Origin: a virus | Taxonomy: Duplodnaviria; Caudoviricetes | Virus record (IMG/VR): IMGVR_UViG_3300042303_000360 | Coordinates: 1 to 51,681 of that record | DNA: 51,681 bases | Direction: 5' to 3' (one strand) | Part shown: positions 43,178-51,490 of the stretch, piece by piece | Numbering within the stretch: the first letter of the stretch is position 1 | Layout: every line of letters begins with the position of its first letter | Position numbers and translations under genes: made by a program | Notes under the pieces: model-generated | What the model was told of the DNA's origin: nothing | The model's database searches: none | The model's input: the letters and a program-made list of their open reading frames with translations, nothing else

Positions 43178-43979
43178 TCTCACCCACCATCCGGGCCTCA
43201 CCAACGAGGCCTATCACCACCTCAAGGCGGTCAGCCCGAGCCAGATCAAGGTGCTGGGGCGCAGCCCGCTGCACTACTTCGACCAGTTCCTGGCCGAGGA
43301 CCGCGAGAAGCGTGAGGCGACTCCGGCGATGCTGATGGGCACAGCGCTTCACACGGCGGTGCTGGAGCCCGAGCTGTGGGACAGCACCATCGCGGTGCCG
43401 CCGCAGTCGTTCGATCGCCGCAGCAAGGCGGGCCGTGAGCTCGCCGCCGAGTTCGAGCGCGAGAGCGCTGGGAAGGTGGTGCTCAGCCCAGACGACGCGG
43501 ACCAGGTGCGGCGCATGGCTGACGCGGTGCGCAAGCACCCGGCGGCGCGGTTCCTCCTGGAGCTCCCCGGCCGGCGGGAGGCCTCCTACACCTGGACGGA
43601 TCCGGCCACGGGGCTGGAGTGCAAGACCCGGCCGGACTGGCACAGCGAGGACGGCCGGATCGTGGTGGACGTGAAGACGACCCGCGACGCCAGCCGGGCT
43701 GAGTTTGCCAAGAGCATCGCCAACCTCGACTACCACGTCCAGGCGGCATGGAACCAGGACGCGATCGGCGCCGAGCAGTTCATCACCATCGCGGTGGAGA
43801 ACGTGCGGCCCTATGCCGTGGCGGTCTACCCCGCCAGTGGCGGGATGATTGCCGCCGGGCAGCGGCGGATCGAGGCGGCGATGACGCTGCTGGCCGAGTG
43901 CTGGAAGTCAAGCCAATGGCCTGGCTACGGCGACCTGGTGCAGGAGCCGATCGACCTGCCGAGGTGGTGCGATGACTGA
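43170..43979 (+). CDS. RecE/exonuclease VIII-like PD-(D/E)XK nuclease
   Basis: GTALHTAVLEP, CKTRPD, VDVKT, YHVQAA. Confidence 0.9.
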   Translation: MPNLTHHPGLTNEAYHHLKAVSPSQIKVLGRSPLHYFDQFLAEDREKREATPAMLMGTALHTAVLEPELWDSTIAVPPQSFDRRSKAGRELAAEFERESAGKVVLSPDDADQVRRMADAVRKHPAARFLLELPGRREASYTWTDPATGLECKTRPDWHSEDGRIVVDVKTTRDASRAEFAKSIANLDYHVQAAWNQDAIGAEQFITIAVENVRPYAVAVYPASGGMIAAGQRRIEAAMTLLAECWKSSQWPGYGDLVQEPIDLPRWCDD

Positions 43980-44042
43980 GCTGGCCATCCTGCTGTGGGC
44001 TATCGCCCTGGGCCTGGCTTACCTGGCGGTGAGACAGCCCTG

Positions 44043-44306
44043 ATGGATCACGCCGAAAAGCCCAAGGCACTGCGGGCCCTAGTGGCTGAGCTGCAGCGCC
44101 TTCTGCGATCACCACCACCCACAGAGGAGACCGCTGCCGTGCAGCCGATGCCTGAGGCCCTGGAGTTCCTGCAGCCGCCAACGTTCGCCGAAGCCCTGCA
44201 GGCATTGGAGCACCTGGCCGCCACGATCCAGATCCTGGACGAGCTCAGCGATGCCGACCAGGACGCAATCGACCGACTGTTTCGTTTCGTGCAAACCCAC
44301 CGATGA
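44043..44306 (+). CDS. Hypothetical protein
   Basis: Coupled ORF between the recE-like and recT-like genes. Confidence 0.55.
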   Translation: MDHAEKPKALRALVAELQRLLRSPPPTEETAAVQPMPEALEFLQPPTFAEALQALEHLAATIQILDELSDADQDAIDRLFRFVQTHR

Positions 44307-45079
44307 CCGAATCAACCGCACTCACTACCAGCACGGCGCCCGCGCCATCACCGCTGGCCTTCCTGCACGATGGTGCAGCCTTTGAGCACATCTGGCGTGT
44401 AGCCAAGGCGTTCAGCTGCAGCCGCATGGTGCCCCAGCATTTCCAGGGCAAGCCCGAGGACTGCATGGTGGCGCTGATGATGGCGCAGCAGCTGGAGGTA
44501 AACCCGCTGCTGGCCCTGCAGAACCTGCAGGTGGTCAATGGCCGGGCAGGCTTCAGCGCCAGCTTCGCCATTGGCCTTGCGAATCAACGCGGGCCGTTCG
44601 CTGGGCCCATCACCTGGACCAACGAAGGCCATGGCGACGATCTTGTAGTGGTCGCCCACGCAGTTGTGAAAGCAACTCGGGAAGAAGTCTCAGTGCCGGT
44701 TTCGATGGCAACAGCCAAGGCTGAAGGCTGGGTCAAGAACCCGAAGTATCGTTCGATGCCAGAGCAAATGCTCAGGTATCGCTCGGCGGTGTGGCTTATC
44801 CGATTGCATTGTCCGGAAGTATTGCTAGGGCTTTCAACAGATGAAGAAATCTGGACGCAAAATCAGAACCCTTCATCGAGGGGTGCTAAGCCCGTCCAGG
44901 TGGTCGATCAGACGCTAGCAGCGGCATCATCCGGAACCATCGTTGAGCAGCTAAACCAGCAGATTCGCGCAACTGCTGAGACAGTCGATGTGAGTGAAGT
45001 GGCGTTACCAACAACGCCGCAGGCCATGCAGTCTGCGGAAGCTGACAACGACAACCAACCCGAAGACCCGTTCAGCTGA
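44303..45079 (+). CDS. RecT/Red-beta-like single-strand annealing protein
   Basis: MVPQHFQGKPEDC, ALQNL.VVNGR, MPEQMLRYRSA...CPEVLLGL. Confidence 0.8.
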   Translation: MTESTALTTSTAPAPSPLAFLHDGAAFEHIWRVAKAFSCSRMVPQHFQGKPEDCMVALMMAQQLEVNPLLALQNLQVVNGRAGFSASFAIGLANQRGPFAGPITWTNEGHGDDLVVVAHAVVKATREEVSVPVSMATAKAEGWVKNPKYRSMPEQMLRYRSAVWLIRLHCPEVLLGLSTDEEIWTQNQNPSSRGAKPVQVVDQTLAAASSGTIVEQLNQQIRATAETVDVSEVALPTTPQAMQSAEADNDNQPEDPFS

Positions 45080-45088
45080 GCCGCACCA

Positions 45089-45313
45089 ATGACTGATCGC
45101 GCTTTCTTGACACCCAAGGAGCTCGCCATACGCTGGCGGCTCAATCACCAAACGCTCGCCAACTGGCGGCATGCACGCAAGGGCCCACCGTTCATTCGCG
45201 TGGGCGCCCGTGTGCTCTATCCCCTCGAGGGAATCCACGCTTACGAGAAGCTTTCACCGACATGGCTTTCAACGGATACATCACAGGCAACCTCGGCCGC
45301 GACCCGGAGCTGA
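45089..45313 (+). CDS. Excisionase/AlpA-like HTH protein
   Basis: FLTPKELAIRW...TLANWR...GPPFIRVGARVLYP. Confidence 0.8.
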   Translation: MTDRAFLTPKELAIRWRLNHQTLANWRHARKGPPFIRVGARVLYPLEGIHAYEKLSPTWLSTDTSQATSAATRS

Positions 45314-45780
45314 AGTACCTCGACAGCGGCAGGCAGGTTGCGAACTTCACCATGGCCGTGCGCCAGAACAAGAAGGACGCGCCTGCTCGCTGGGTCAAGG
45401 TGGCGGTATGGGGCAAGGCTGCTGAGTACGTGGGCAACTACGTGAAGAAGGGCGACAGCGTTGTGTGCTTCGGCCGAGTGGAGGCTCCTGAGCTCTTCAC
45501 GCGGCGCGACGGCTCGCAGGGCCTCGCCGAGGTGTTCACCGCGGAGAACATCGAGAAGTGGGGCGAGCGGCGTGAGGAGGGGCATGCCCCTGCGCAGGCT
45601 GCCGCCCCGGCCGCCCTTGCCGCCCCGCCGGCCCCGGCCCCGGCCCCGGCCCCGGCCCCGGCCCAGCATCCTGCGCATCAGGCGGCGGGGTGGCAGCCGA
45701 GCCCAGCCAATGGCACGGTGGCAGCAGGGTGGAACAGCGGCCCGCTGGATCCGCCTGATGACGACGGCATCCCGTTCTGA
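45262..45780 (+). CDS. ssb: Single-stranded DNA-binding protein
   Basis: GNLGRDPELKY, WGKAAE..YVKKG, Pro-Ala linker, C-terminal DDGIPF. Confidence 0.95.
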   Translation: MAFNGYITGNLGRDPELKYLDSGRQVANFTMAVRQNKKDAPARWVKVAVWGKAAEYVGNYVKKGDSVVCFGRVEAPELFTRRDGSQGLAEVFTAENIEKWGERREEGHAPAQAAAPAALAAPPAPAPAPAPAPAQHPAHQAAGWQPSPANGTVAAGWNSGPLDPPDDDGIPF

Positions 45781-46246
45781 GGTGATCGACTCTGCGTTCT
45801 TGGCGTCGCTGCGGCGGCGCCACCGCGCTGAGCTGGTGCTGGTGCTGGTGCAGCTAGAGCAGCTCGCGCCAGGTTGGTGGCTGACCTTGCAGGAGCTGGC
45901 CGAGCAGCTCGGCACCGACCGGGCGACGCTGAACCGCAGCATCCGCAAGCTGGAAGACCTGGGCCTGCTGCAGCGGGCCTCGATCAGCAACAGCGGCGGG
46001 ACGTGGATCTGGTGGGTGAAGAAGGCCGAGGGTGATGAGCCGCGGCCGGAGGACGAGCCAGCATGGGTGCTGCGCGACCTGAGCCGGCAGGTGCACCAGC
46101 GGGTGCCGATCAGCAAGCGGTGGGCGTGGGCGCAACGCCACGGGATCCCGCGCCAGACGATGCGGTCGTTCCTGGCTGGGAACTACCGGGTGCTGCGTGA
46201 GCGGTGGGAGCTCGTCGCCACACCAATGGATTGTTACAGCATGTGA
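45758..46246 (+). CDS. Winged-helix (MarR-like) DNA-binding protein
   Basis: LTLQELAEQLGTDRATLNRSIRKLEDLGLL. Confidence 0.75.
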   Translation: MTTASRSEVIDSAFLASLRRRHRAELVLVLVQLEQLAPGWWLTLQELAEQLGTDRATLNRSIRKLEDLGLLQRASISNSGGTWIWWVKKAEGDEPRPEDEPAWVLRDLSRQVHQRVPISKRWAWAQRHGIPRQTMRSFLAGNYRVLRERWELVATPMDCYSM

Positions 46247-46283
46247 ACGACGCTGGCCACCGACGAGGTGCGAGCGGGATGAT
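46232..46283 (+). promoter_or_regulatory. Putative promoter: HLR1-like tandem box plus -10 GATGAT
   Basis: TGTTAC 46232, TGTGAA 46242, GATGAT 46278; leader similar to that at 48957. Confidence 0.6.
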
Positions 46284-46323
46284 TCACTCACGGCCGGAGA
46301 CGGCCACCCACCCCGACAGATCA

Positions 46324-46500
46324 ATGACCCGCTTCAAGATCAACTATCGCGACATCGCCCCGAGCGGTGACGTGATCGGCCGCGGCATCATCATCGACGC
46401 CGACTGCCTGGAAGATGCCGAAGCCCGCGCCTGCCTGCTGGCCCGCGGTGACGAGGACATCGAGTCGGTGCGCCGCTTCACCTGGGGGGAGGTGGCGTGA
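46324..46500 (+). CDS. Hypothetical protein
   Basis: MTRFKINYRD..., first gene after the promoter. Confidence 0.6.
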   Translation: MTRFKINYRDIAPSGDVIGRGIIIDADCLEDAEARACLLARGDEDIESVRRFTWGEVA

Positions 46501-46763
46501 TGGCTGAGCTGATCTTCCAGTCCGAGCACAGCACTGCCGATGGGCCCGTGTGGGTCGTCACCCGCCAGCCGGGGCAGATCACCAATCCCTACGTGGTGGA
46601 GTTCATGAAGCGCGGCCGCAACGGCAAGCTGCTCGACCAGACCGCCGAATGGCACTGGATTGCGCATCAGTGGTGCAAGCACCGATGGCTGCCGAAGCCG
46701 CCGACAGTGCCGAAGTGGCTGCTCGCCAAGGTCGAGGCGCACATGCGGGGGGTAAAGCCATGA
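46500..46763 (+). CDS. Hypothetical protein
   Basis: Translationally coupled ORF. Confidence 0.6.
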   Translation: MAELIFQSEHSTADGPVWVVTRQPGQITNPYVVEFMKRGRNGKLLDQTAEWHWIAHQWCKHRWLPKPPTVPKWLLAKVEAHMRGVKP

Positions 46764-46927
46764 CCCGCACCCAAGCGCTCAAGGCCATCACCAGCTACGC
46801 CGCAGCCGGACAGCTGGACATGGCCACCCGCATCTACTGCGAGCACCAGATCAGCCGCAAGGCATTCGATGAAGCCGTGGCCAAGGGCCAGCGGCTAGCC
46901 ACCTTCGTCAATTCCAACCATGCCTGA
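46760..46927 (+). CDS. Hypothetical protein
   Basis: MTRTQALKAI..., ATGA overlap. Confidence 0.55.
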   Translation: MTRTQALKAITSYAAAGQLDMATRIYCEHQISRKAFDEAVAKGQRLATFVNSNHA

Positions 46928-47069
46928 GAACACCCTGCTGGGCCGCTGCCTAGTGGCTTACGAGGAAGCCTTCGAGGCTGATGACGCTAACGGCGACGAA
47001 GAGCCCGAAGACGACTGGGACAGCCACCCATCACTGACTGCTCAACAACGCAACCCGACCCTGCAATGA
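46920..47069 (+). CDS. Small acidic protein (not in the ORF track)
   Basis: MPENTLLGRCL...DWDSHPSLTAQQRNPTLQ*; ATGA overlap with the next gene. Confidence 0.55.
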   Translation: MPENTLLGRCLVAYEEAFEADDANGDEEPEDDWDSHPSLTAQQRNPTLQ

Positions 47070-47398
47070 AGCGCATCATTCTCCTCATCGCGCTGCTCCA
47101 CCAGCTCACGCCGACCGCTGATGCACATGGCCGCGCTGTGACCGCCACCGTCTACGACGGGTGGTATCACGGCCGCACCACCTACTGCGGCGGCACCTAT
47201 CGGCACTGGGGCGTGAGCGCTGCGCATCCTTGGCTCCCATGCGGCACGCCCGTGCGGGTGAGCCACCAGGGCCGTGTGCTCACGGTGCCGGTGACCGATC
47301 GCTGCGACTGCAGCTCGATTGATCTGAGCGCCGGTGCTGCGCATCGCCTGGGTGTGCCGCTTGATGGCATCGCAACTGTTCGCATCTCTCACCGATGA
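47066..47398 (+). CDS. RlpA-like double-psi beta-barrel protein with a signal peptide
   Basis: WYHGRTTYCG, SAAHPWLPCGT.VRV, VTDRC...IDLSAGAA..LG. Confidence 0.85.
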   Translation: MKRIILLIALLHQLTPTADAHGRAVTATVYDGWYHGRTTYCGGTYRHWGVSAAHPWLPCGTPVRVSHQGRVLTVPVTDRCDCSSIDLSAGAAHRLGVPLDGIATVRISHR

Positions 47399-47507
47399 GC
47401 ACCCTGATCCTGTTCGCCTGGGCCGACATCAGGAACAACGGCGCTGTGCAGCAGCCTGGCGTCAACCCTTGGAATGAGCAGCAAGACCCCACTACCCGCG
47501 ATAAATC

Positions 47508-47996
47508 ATGACCACCACAACAACCGACTGGCGTGCGCTGTGCGCTGAGCTGGTCACAGCTTTGCGCGAACGTATAGATGATAAGTCGACTCCAAGCCCT
47601 CAGTACGTCAACGCCATTCATTTGATTGACCGCACCGCCACCGCCCTGGCCCAGCCCGAGCCGCAGGGGCCGACGGATGAGGAGCTTTTGAATCTCGGCA
47701 ACGATCTCATGGGCGACTGTCTCCCGTGTGACCCAGACCTACTGCTTGCTTTTGCCCGCGCCGTCTTCACCCGCTGGGGCCGCCCCGCCATCGAGCCGGT
47801 GCCGGTGAGCGAGCGCCTGCCGGGGGCGGAGGATTGCATCCGACGTGGTGATGATGACTGGTGCTGGGGACAAGAGCGCAGCTTGCTCACTGGGCAGGCC
47901 GCAGCTCGCTGGCGCCTGATGCGCGTGAGTTCGTTGGCAGATGAGGCCGTGGCCTGGGCCCCCCACTGGGCGTTTCCGGTGCCCACCGCCCAGTAA
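47508..47996 (+). CDS. Hypothetical protein
   Basis: TDWRALCAEL, PEPQGPTDEEL, PVPVSERLP modular phage motifs. Confidence 0.75.
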   Translation: MTTTTTDWRALCAELVTALRERIDDKSTPSPQYVNAIHLIDRTATALAQPEPQGPTDEELLNLGNDLMGDCLPCDPDLLLAFARAVFTRWGRPAIEPVPVSERLPGAEDCIRRGDDDWCWGQERSLLTGQAAARWRLMRVSSLADEAVAWAPHWAFPVPTAQ

Positions 47997-48110
47997 CCTG
48001 ACCCTCACCGGGTCGGCTCCACCCGTAAGGGCGAGCACCTCTGCAGCAGGCCCCTGGGGTGGCCGCTGCCGCAGATGGAGGCATCGGAGGCCCGGCACTT
48101 ACTCACCCTT

Positions 48111-48136
48111 GGCCCCGGTTCGATGCCGGGGCTTTT
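48111..48136 (+). terminator. Probable intrinsic terminator
   Basis: GCCCCGG-TTCGATG-CCGGGGC followed by TTTT. Confidence 0.6.
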
Positions 48137-48148
48137 CCTCGCGCGTCC

Positions 48149-48664
48149 ATGTACCGAGTCCCGCCCTGTCCTCACTGCAACAGCGATTGCACCAGCGTGC
48201 TGGAGACCAAGAAGGTCCGCAACGGCACGCGACGTCGCCGCCATGAGTGCGACGTCTGCGCTTACCGATGGACCTCATGGGATGGCCCCCCGCCTGGCCG
48301 TGGAGGGGGCAACTCGAGCGGCAAGCCCGTCAGCCGGAAGCAGCCCATCGAGCGCGATCAGATCCGCGAGATCCTGCTGAGCACCGAGAGCAATAACGCG
48401 ATCGCTCGACGTCTCAACCGCTCACCAGAGGCCGTGCGCCAGATCCGCCTGGGCATCATCCACGCCAGCGTGCATCCGGAGATCGCACGCCGCGATAAGC
48501 CAGCGCCCATTCCTAAGCCGAGCGACGGCCCGAGCTGCTACGGCTGCACCCACTGGAGCGATCGCTGCGGCTTTGGCTTCCCGGATCCTCAGATCGAGGG
48601 CCCGGCGTTTGCCGCCGACTGCAGCCTCTACGAGCCAGTGAGCCAGTCGATCAGCCTGGCTTGA
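48149..48664 (+). CDS. NrdR-like Zn-ribbon protein with an HTH and a C-terminal Cys cluster
   Basis: CPHC...VLET...[16 protein letters not shown]; [19 protein letters not shown]; CYGC..W..RC. Confidence 0.75.
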   Translation: MYRVPPCPHCNSDCTSVLETKKVRNGTRRRRHECDVCAYRWTSWDGPPPGRGGGNSSGKPVSRKQPIERDQIREILLSTESNNAIARRLNRSPEAVRQIRLGIIHASVHPEIARRDKPAPIPKPSDGPSCYGCTHWSDRCGFGFPDPQIEGPAFAADCSLYEPVSQSISLA

Positions 48665-48918
48665 CCGATCTCGCTCCAGTAGGGCTGTTCCCGCCACCAG
48701 CTGAACACCTCCCGGTGCCCCTTGCGGCGGTTGCAGGGGAGGCAGGCGGGCACCAGATTGTTGGCCACCGTGAGCCCGCCCTTGGCCTTGGGCATCACGT
48801 GATCGAGGCTCTGGGCCGGATCGCCGCAGTAGGCGCAGCGATGCTTCCAAGCCTCGAAGATGCGAGCGCGGAAGCGGTGGCGGGTGATCAGCTCGGTGCC
48901 GTCGATCCGCGCCTGCAT
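48628..48918 (-). CDS. HNH endonuclease
   Basis: CAYCG...[11 protein letters not shown]....[13 protein letters not shown]. Confidence 0.9.
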   Translation of the reverse strand: MQARIDGTELITRHRFRARIFEAWKHRCAYCGDPAQSLDHVMPKAKGGLTVANNLVPACLPCNRRKGHREVFSWWREQPYWSEIGQARLIDWLTGS

Positions 48919-48956
48919 GTGCAGAAGTCCGCTCCAGCAAGCCTACTGGGCCCGCT

Positions 48957-49008
48957 TGTGAACGATTGTTACGAAGCAGTGGCCGATGGGCAGTGGCGCG
49001 GGGATGAT
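48957..49008 (+). promoter_or_regulatory. Putative promoter: HLR1-like tandem box plus -10 GATGAT
   Basis: TGTGAA 48957, TGTTAC 48967, GATGAT 49003. Confidence 0.6.
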
Positions 49009-49048
49009 TGGCTTACGGGCGGAGACGCCCACCACCCCGGAGCAAGCC

Positions 49049-49279
49049 ATGAGCCTCCAGCAAGTTGGCAACGACATCGAAGCCCAGATCCTCAAAGGCT
49101 GCGGCGCCGCCATCGAGTGGACCTTCCGAGCCGCGGATCGCTTCACCATCAGCGGCGACTGCGTGGCCGTCAACCGCGCGGTGCTCTACTGCATCGAGCA
49201 CGACCTCTGCCGGATCGAAGACGACACGGTGTACGACGCCGAGCTTGATCAGTCCTTCGCTTACCTGAAGGCAGCTTGA
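49049..49279 (+). CDS. Hypothetical protein
   Basis: GGAG RBS, ATG 49049. Confidence 0.65.
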   Translation: MSLQQVGNDIEAQILKGCGAAIEWTFRAADRFTISGDCVAVNRAVLYCIEHDLCRIEDDTVYDAELDQSFAYLKAA

Positions 49280-49331
49280 CCGGTCCCGGGCCGCTCCGGC
49301 GGCCCTTCCCATTTATCCCATCAGACCTACC

Positions 49332-49490
49332 ATGCGACCAATTCTCATCGGCAGCACACTGTGCCTGGGCCTAACAGCCGGGTTCTGGTACTCGCTCACC
49401 AGCAGCCTGACGGACATCACGATCAGGGACTGCCAGGCCGGCGTGCAGCGGGCCTGCGATCAGCTCAAGAAAGACGGGGTGCAGCCGTGA
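49332..49490 (+). CDS. Small membrane protein (not in the ORF track)
   Basis: MRPILIGSTLCLGLTAGFWY...DCQAGVQRACDQL. Confidence 0.6.
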   Translation: MRPILIGSTLCLGLTAGFWYSLTSSLTDITIRDCQAGVQRACDQLKKDGVQP

Positions 49491-49684
49491 GCTACGCACT
49501 CCGCCGCGGCCAGCAGTGGATCTCAGCACCCCAAGGTGACGGCCGCCCTATCCCGCCGGTGCTCGCCATCGCCGATGACCGCACCGATGCCTGGCTGCTC
49601 CCCAGCCTGGATGAAGCCATCGAGATCCAGCAGCTGCTGCGCATGTGCTGGGGCTGGGCCACAGAGGTGAGGGCGATTCGATGA
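49487..49684 (+). CDS. Hypothetical protein
   Basis: GTGA-coupled start, MSYALRRG... Confidence 0.55.
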   Translation: MSYALRRGQQWISAPQGDGRPIPPVLAIADDRTDAWLLPSLDEAIEIQQLLRMCWGWATEVRAIR

Positions 49685-49896
49685 ACACCCGGATCCTGAA
49701 CCAGCAGCGGTGGCGGTTCCACCCTGGCGCGACCGTCTACGTGCGGGCCTGGCCATCGGATGAAACCGCCAAGGTGGTTGGCACGATCCAACCGACGCGC
49801 AGCGGTTGGCCGCACTACCTCGTGGTCGATTCGGTCGGCATCGAGTGGCAGATCGCTCAGGTCGAGCTGAGCAGCAAACCGATCCCTAAGGAGTGA
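49681..49896 (+). CDS. Hypothetical protein
   Basis: ATGA-coupled, MNTRILNQ... Confidence 0.6.
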   Translation: MNTRILNQQRWRFHPGATVYVRAWPSDETAKVVGTIQPTRSGWPHYLVVDSVGIEWQIAQVELSSKPIPKE

Positions 49897-50045
49897 TGAC
49901 ACCCAACTGCAACCCGCAAGAGCAGAACGAGCGCCAGGCCCAGCTCGATGCGCTCTACGAAGCCGACGGCCGGCATGATCCGGCCCACCCCATGCACAGC
50001 CTCTACACCGGCCTTGCCGAAACCTACGCCGCACTCCGCCCATGA
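49896..50045 (+). CDS. 49-aa protein (not in the ORF track)
   Basis: RQAQLDALYEADGRHDPAHPMHSLYTGL; coupled on both sides. Confidence 0.65.
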   Translation: MTPNCNPQEQNERQAQLDALYEADGRHDPAHPMHSLYTGLAETYAALRP

Positions 50046-50557
50046 CTGTTCTCGCTGATTGGCAGATCCGTGCCCGCTGTGAAGCCGGCATGGTCGTGCC
50101 CTTCAATCCCGATCTGGTAAACCCCGCCAGCCTCGATGTACGCCTGGGCCCCAGGATCCAGGTGGAGCAGATCTTCACCCGGAAGCTGCGCACCATCGAC
50201 ATCAGCTACACCACACCCGAGCGGCCGTATCTGATCTGGCCGCTGCAGTGGCTGCTGGCCGAGACGGTGGAGAGCTTCTGTCTCTCGGACAACATCGCCG
50301 CGCAGTTCAAGCTCAAGAGCTCCAGGGCCCGAGAGGGAATTGACCACGCCCTTGCCGGCTTTGCGGACCCAGGCTGGTTCGGCTCAAAGCTCACCATGGA
50401 GCTGCGGAATAATCGCCTGCTGCACCGCGTGCCGATCTGGTGCGGGATGCGGATCGGGCAGATGAAGTTCGAGTTCATGGATGCGCTGCCGACCCGCAGC
50501 TATGCGCTGACCGGCCGCTACAACAACGACACCACCGTTCAGGAGAGCAAGGGATGA
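50042..50557 (+). CDS. dcd: dCTP deaminase
   Basis: NPASLDVRLG, KSSRAREG, AGFADPGW.G..LTMEL, RIGQ. Confidence 0.92.
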   Translation: MTVLADWQIRARCEAGMVVPFNPDLVNPASLDVRLGPRIQVEQIFTRKLRTIDISYTTPERPYLIWPLQWLLAETVESFCLSDNIAAQFKLKSSRAREGIDHALAGFADPGWFGSKLTMELRNNRLLHRVPIWCGMRIGQMKFEFMDALPTRSYALTGRYNNDTTVQESKG

Positions 50558-50904
50558 GCGAACACGACCCTACTGGTCGAAGCGCCCACGACCCTGGTGC
50601 CAAGCTCGACGCAGGCAAGATCCGCGCCGGCCTGGTGCTGGGCGGCTTCAGTCGGGGCCTGGAAGCAGTGGCGGAAGTTGGCACATTCGGGGCCCACAAG
50701 TACACCCCGAACGGCTGGCGCTCTGTTCCGAACGGAGTCGAGCGCTACACCGATGCCCTCTGGCGCCACCTGCTCGCTGAGCACCAGGGGATAGAGCTCG
50801 ATTCCGACTCCAGGCTCCTCCATGCGGCCCATACCGCTTGGAATGCCTTGGCCCGGCTGGAGCTGATGCTGACCAAACTGGAGGCCAGCCATGATCCTCT
50901 CTGA
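50554..50904 (+). CDS. DUF5664-like dATP/dGTP diphosphohydrolase domain protein
   Basis: GAKLDAGK, V.TFGA.KY...W, YTDALWRHL, DSDS.LLHAAH.AWNAL. Confidence 0.8.
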   Translation: MSEHDPTGRSAHDPGAKLDAGKIRAGLVLGGFSRGLEAVAEVGTFGAHKYTPNGWRSVPNGVERYTDALWRHLLAEHQGIELDSDSRLLHAAHTAWNALARLELMLTKLEASHDPL

Positions 50905-51106
50905 AGCACCGCGCTACGCCGGCCAGACGCACCCCTGCTATGGGGTGCAACCGGTCGGGTGGCAGGACACCACCCGCCACATGCCCTGGGTGTTTACTGG
51001 CCGGACGGTCTGGTGGGGGTTCGCCTGCGACACCCGCAGCGATGCCCTGGCGGTCGCCTTCGACATGGCCAGCCAGATCAGCCCCGAGCCGCCGGTGGGC
51101 ACATGA
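50891..51106 (+). CDS. Hypothetical protein
   Basis: 71 aa, overlapping both neighbours. Confidence 0.55.
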   Translation: MILSEAPRYAGQTHPCYGVQPVGWQDTTRHMPWVFTGRTVWWGFACDTRSDALAVAFDMASQISPEPPVGT

Positions 51107-51282
51107 GCGATCCGATCGAGCTGAGCACAGCGCAGCGGTTCGAGATCGAGCGGTTCAGCCGTGCGATCGACACCACCACCGACGTGGTGGTGCTGCGGGC
51201 CCTGGCGAAGCAGCTGCTGCAGGCCTGGCAGGTGCAGCGTGCGGCAACCAACTGGGTGATGCAGCAGGGGCTGAAGCGATGA
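51103..51282 (+). CDS. nblA: NblA-like phycobilisome degradation adaptor
   Basis: 59 aa, two helices; PIELSTAQRFEIE resembles the NblA LSLEQQF motif; ATGA coupling. Confidence 0.6.
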   Translation: MSDPIELSTAQRFEIERFSRAIDTTTDVVVLRALAKQLLQAWQVQRAATNWVMQQGLKR

Positions 51283-51473
51283 GCCAGGCCACGCACGAGA
51301 CGCTGCCAGACGGCGCGATCAGGGTGTGCCTGGGGGGCGTGTGCGGCACGGTGTCGAGCTGGCACCTGGTGGAGGTGAAGGAGCGGCAGCTGGTCGAGCT
51401 TGTGGGAAAGGCGTGGGAACGATCGCGAGCCGGTAAGCTGACCCGGGAATGTTCAAGCCCGCCAAGTCATTGA
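51279..51473 (+). CDS. Hypothetical protein
   Basis: DGAIRVCL...VSSWHLVEVKERQL. Confidence 0.6.
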   Translation: MSQATHETLPDGAIRVCLGGVCGTVSSWHLVEVKERQLVELVGKAWERSRAGKLTRECSSPPSH

Positions 51474-51489
51474 CCTGGCGGGCTTTTTC
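51455..51489 (+). terminator. Intrinsic terminator next to the attP core
   Basis: AAGCCCGCCA...TGGCGGGCTT followed by TTTC. Confidence 0.75.
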
Positions 51490-51490
51490 T

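Noticed and set aside
45628-45664. CCGGCC tandem repeat
   Set aside because: Encodes the ordinary Pro-Ala linker of SSB
48628-48918. HNH as a cos-cleavage cofactor or mobile intron
   Set aside because: About 12 kb from cos, lambda-type GpA needs no HNH, and it interrupts no gene; its role is left open
50554-50904. 2-aminoadenine (Z) genome
   Set aside because: No PurZ or phage DNA polymerase recognised
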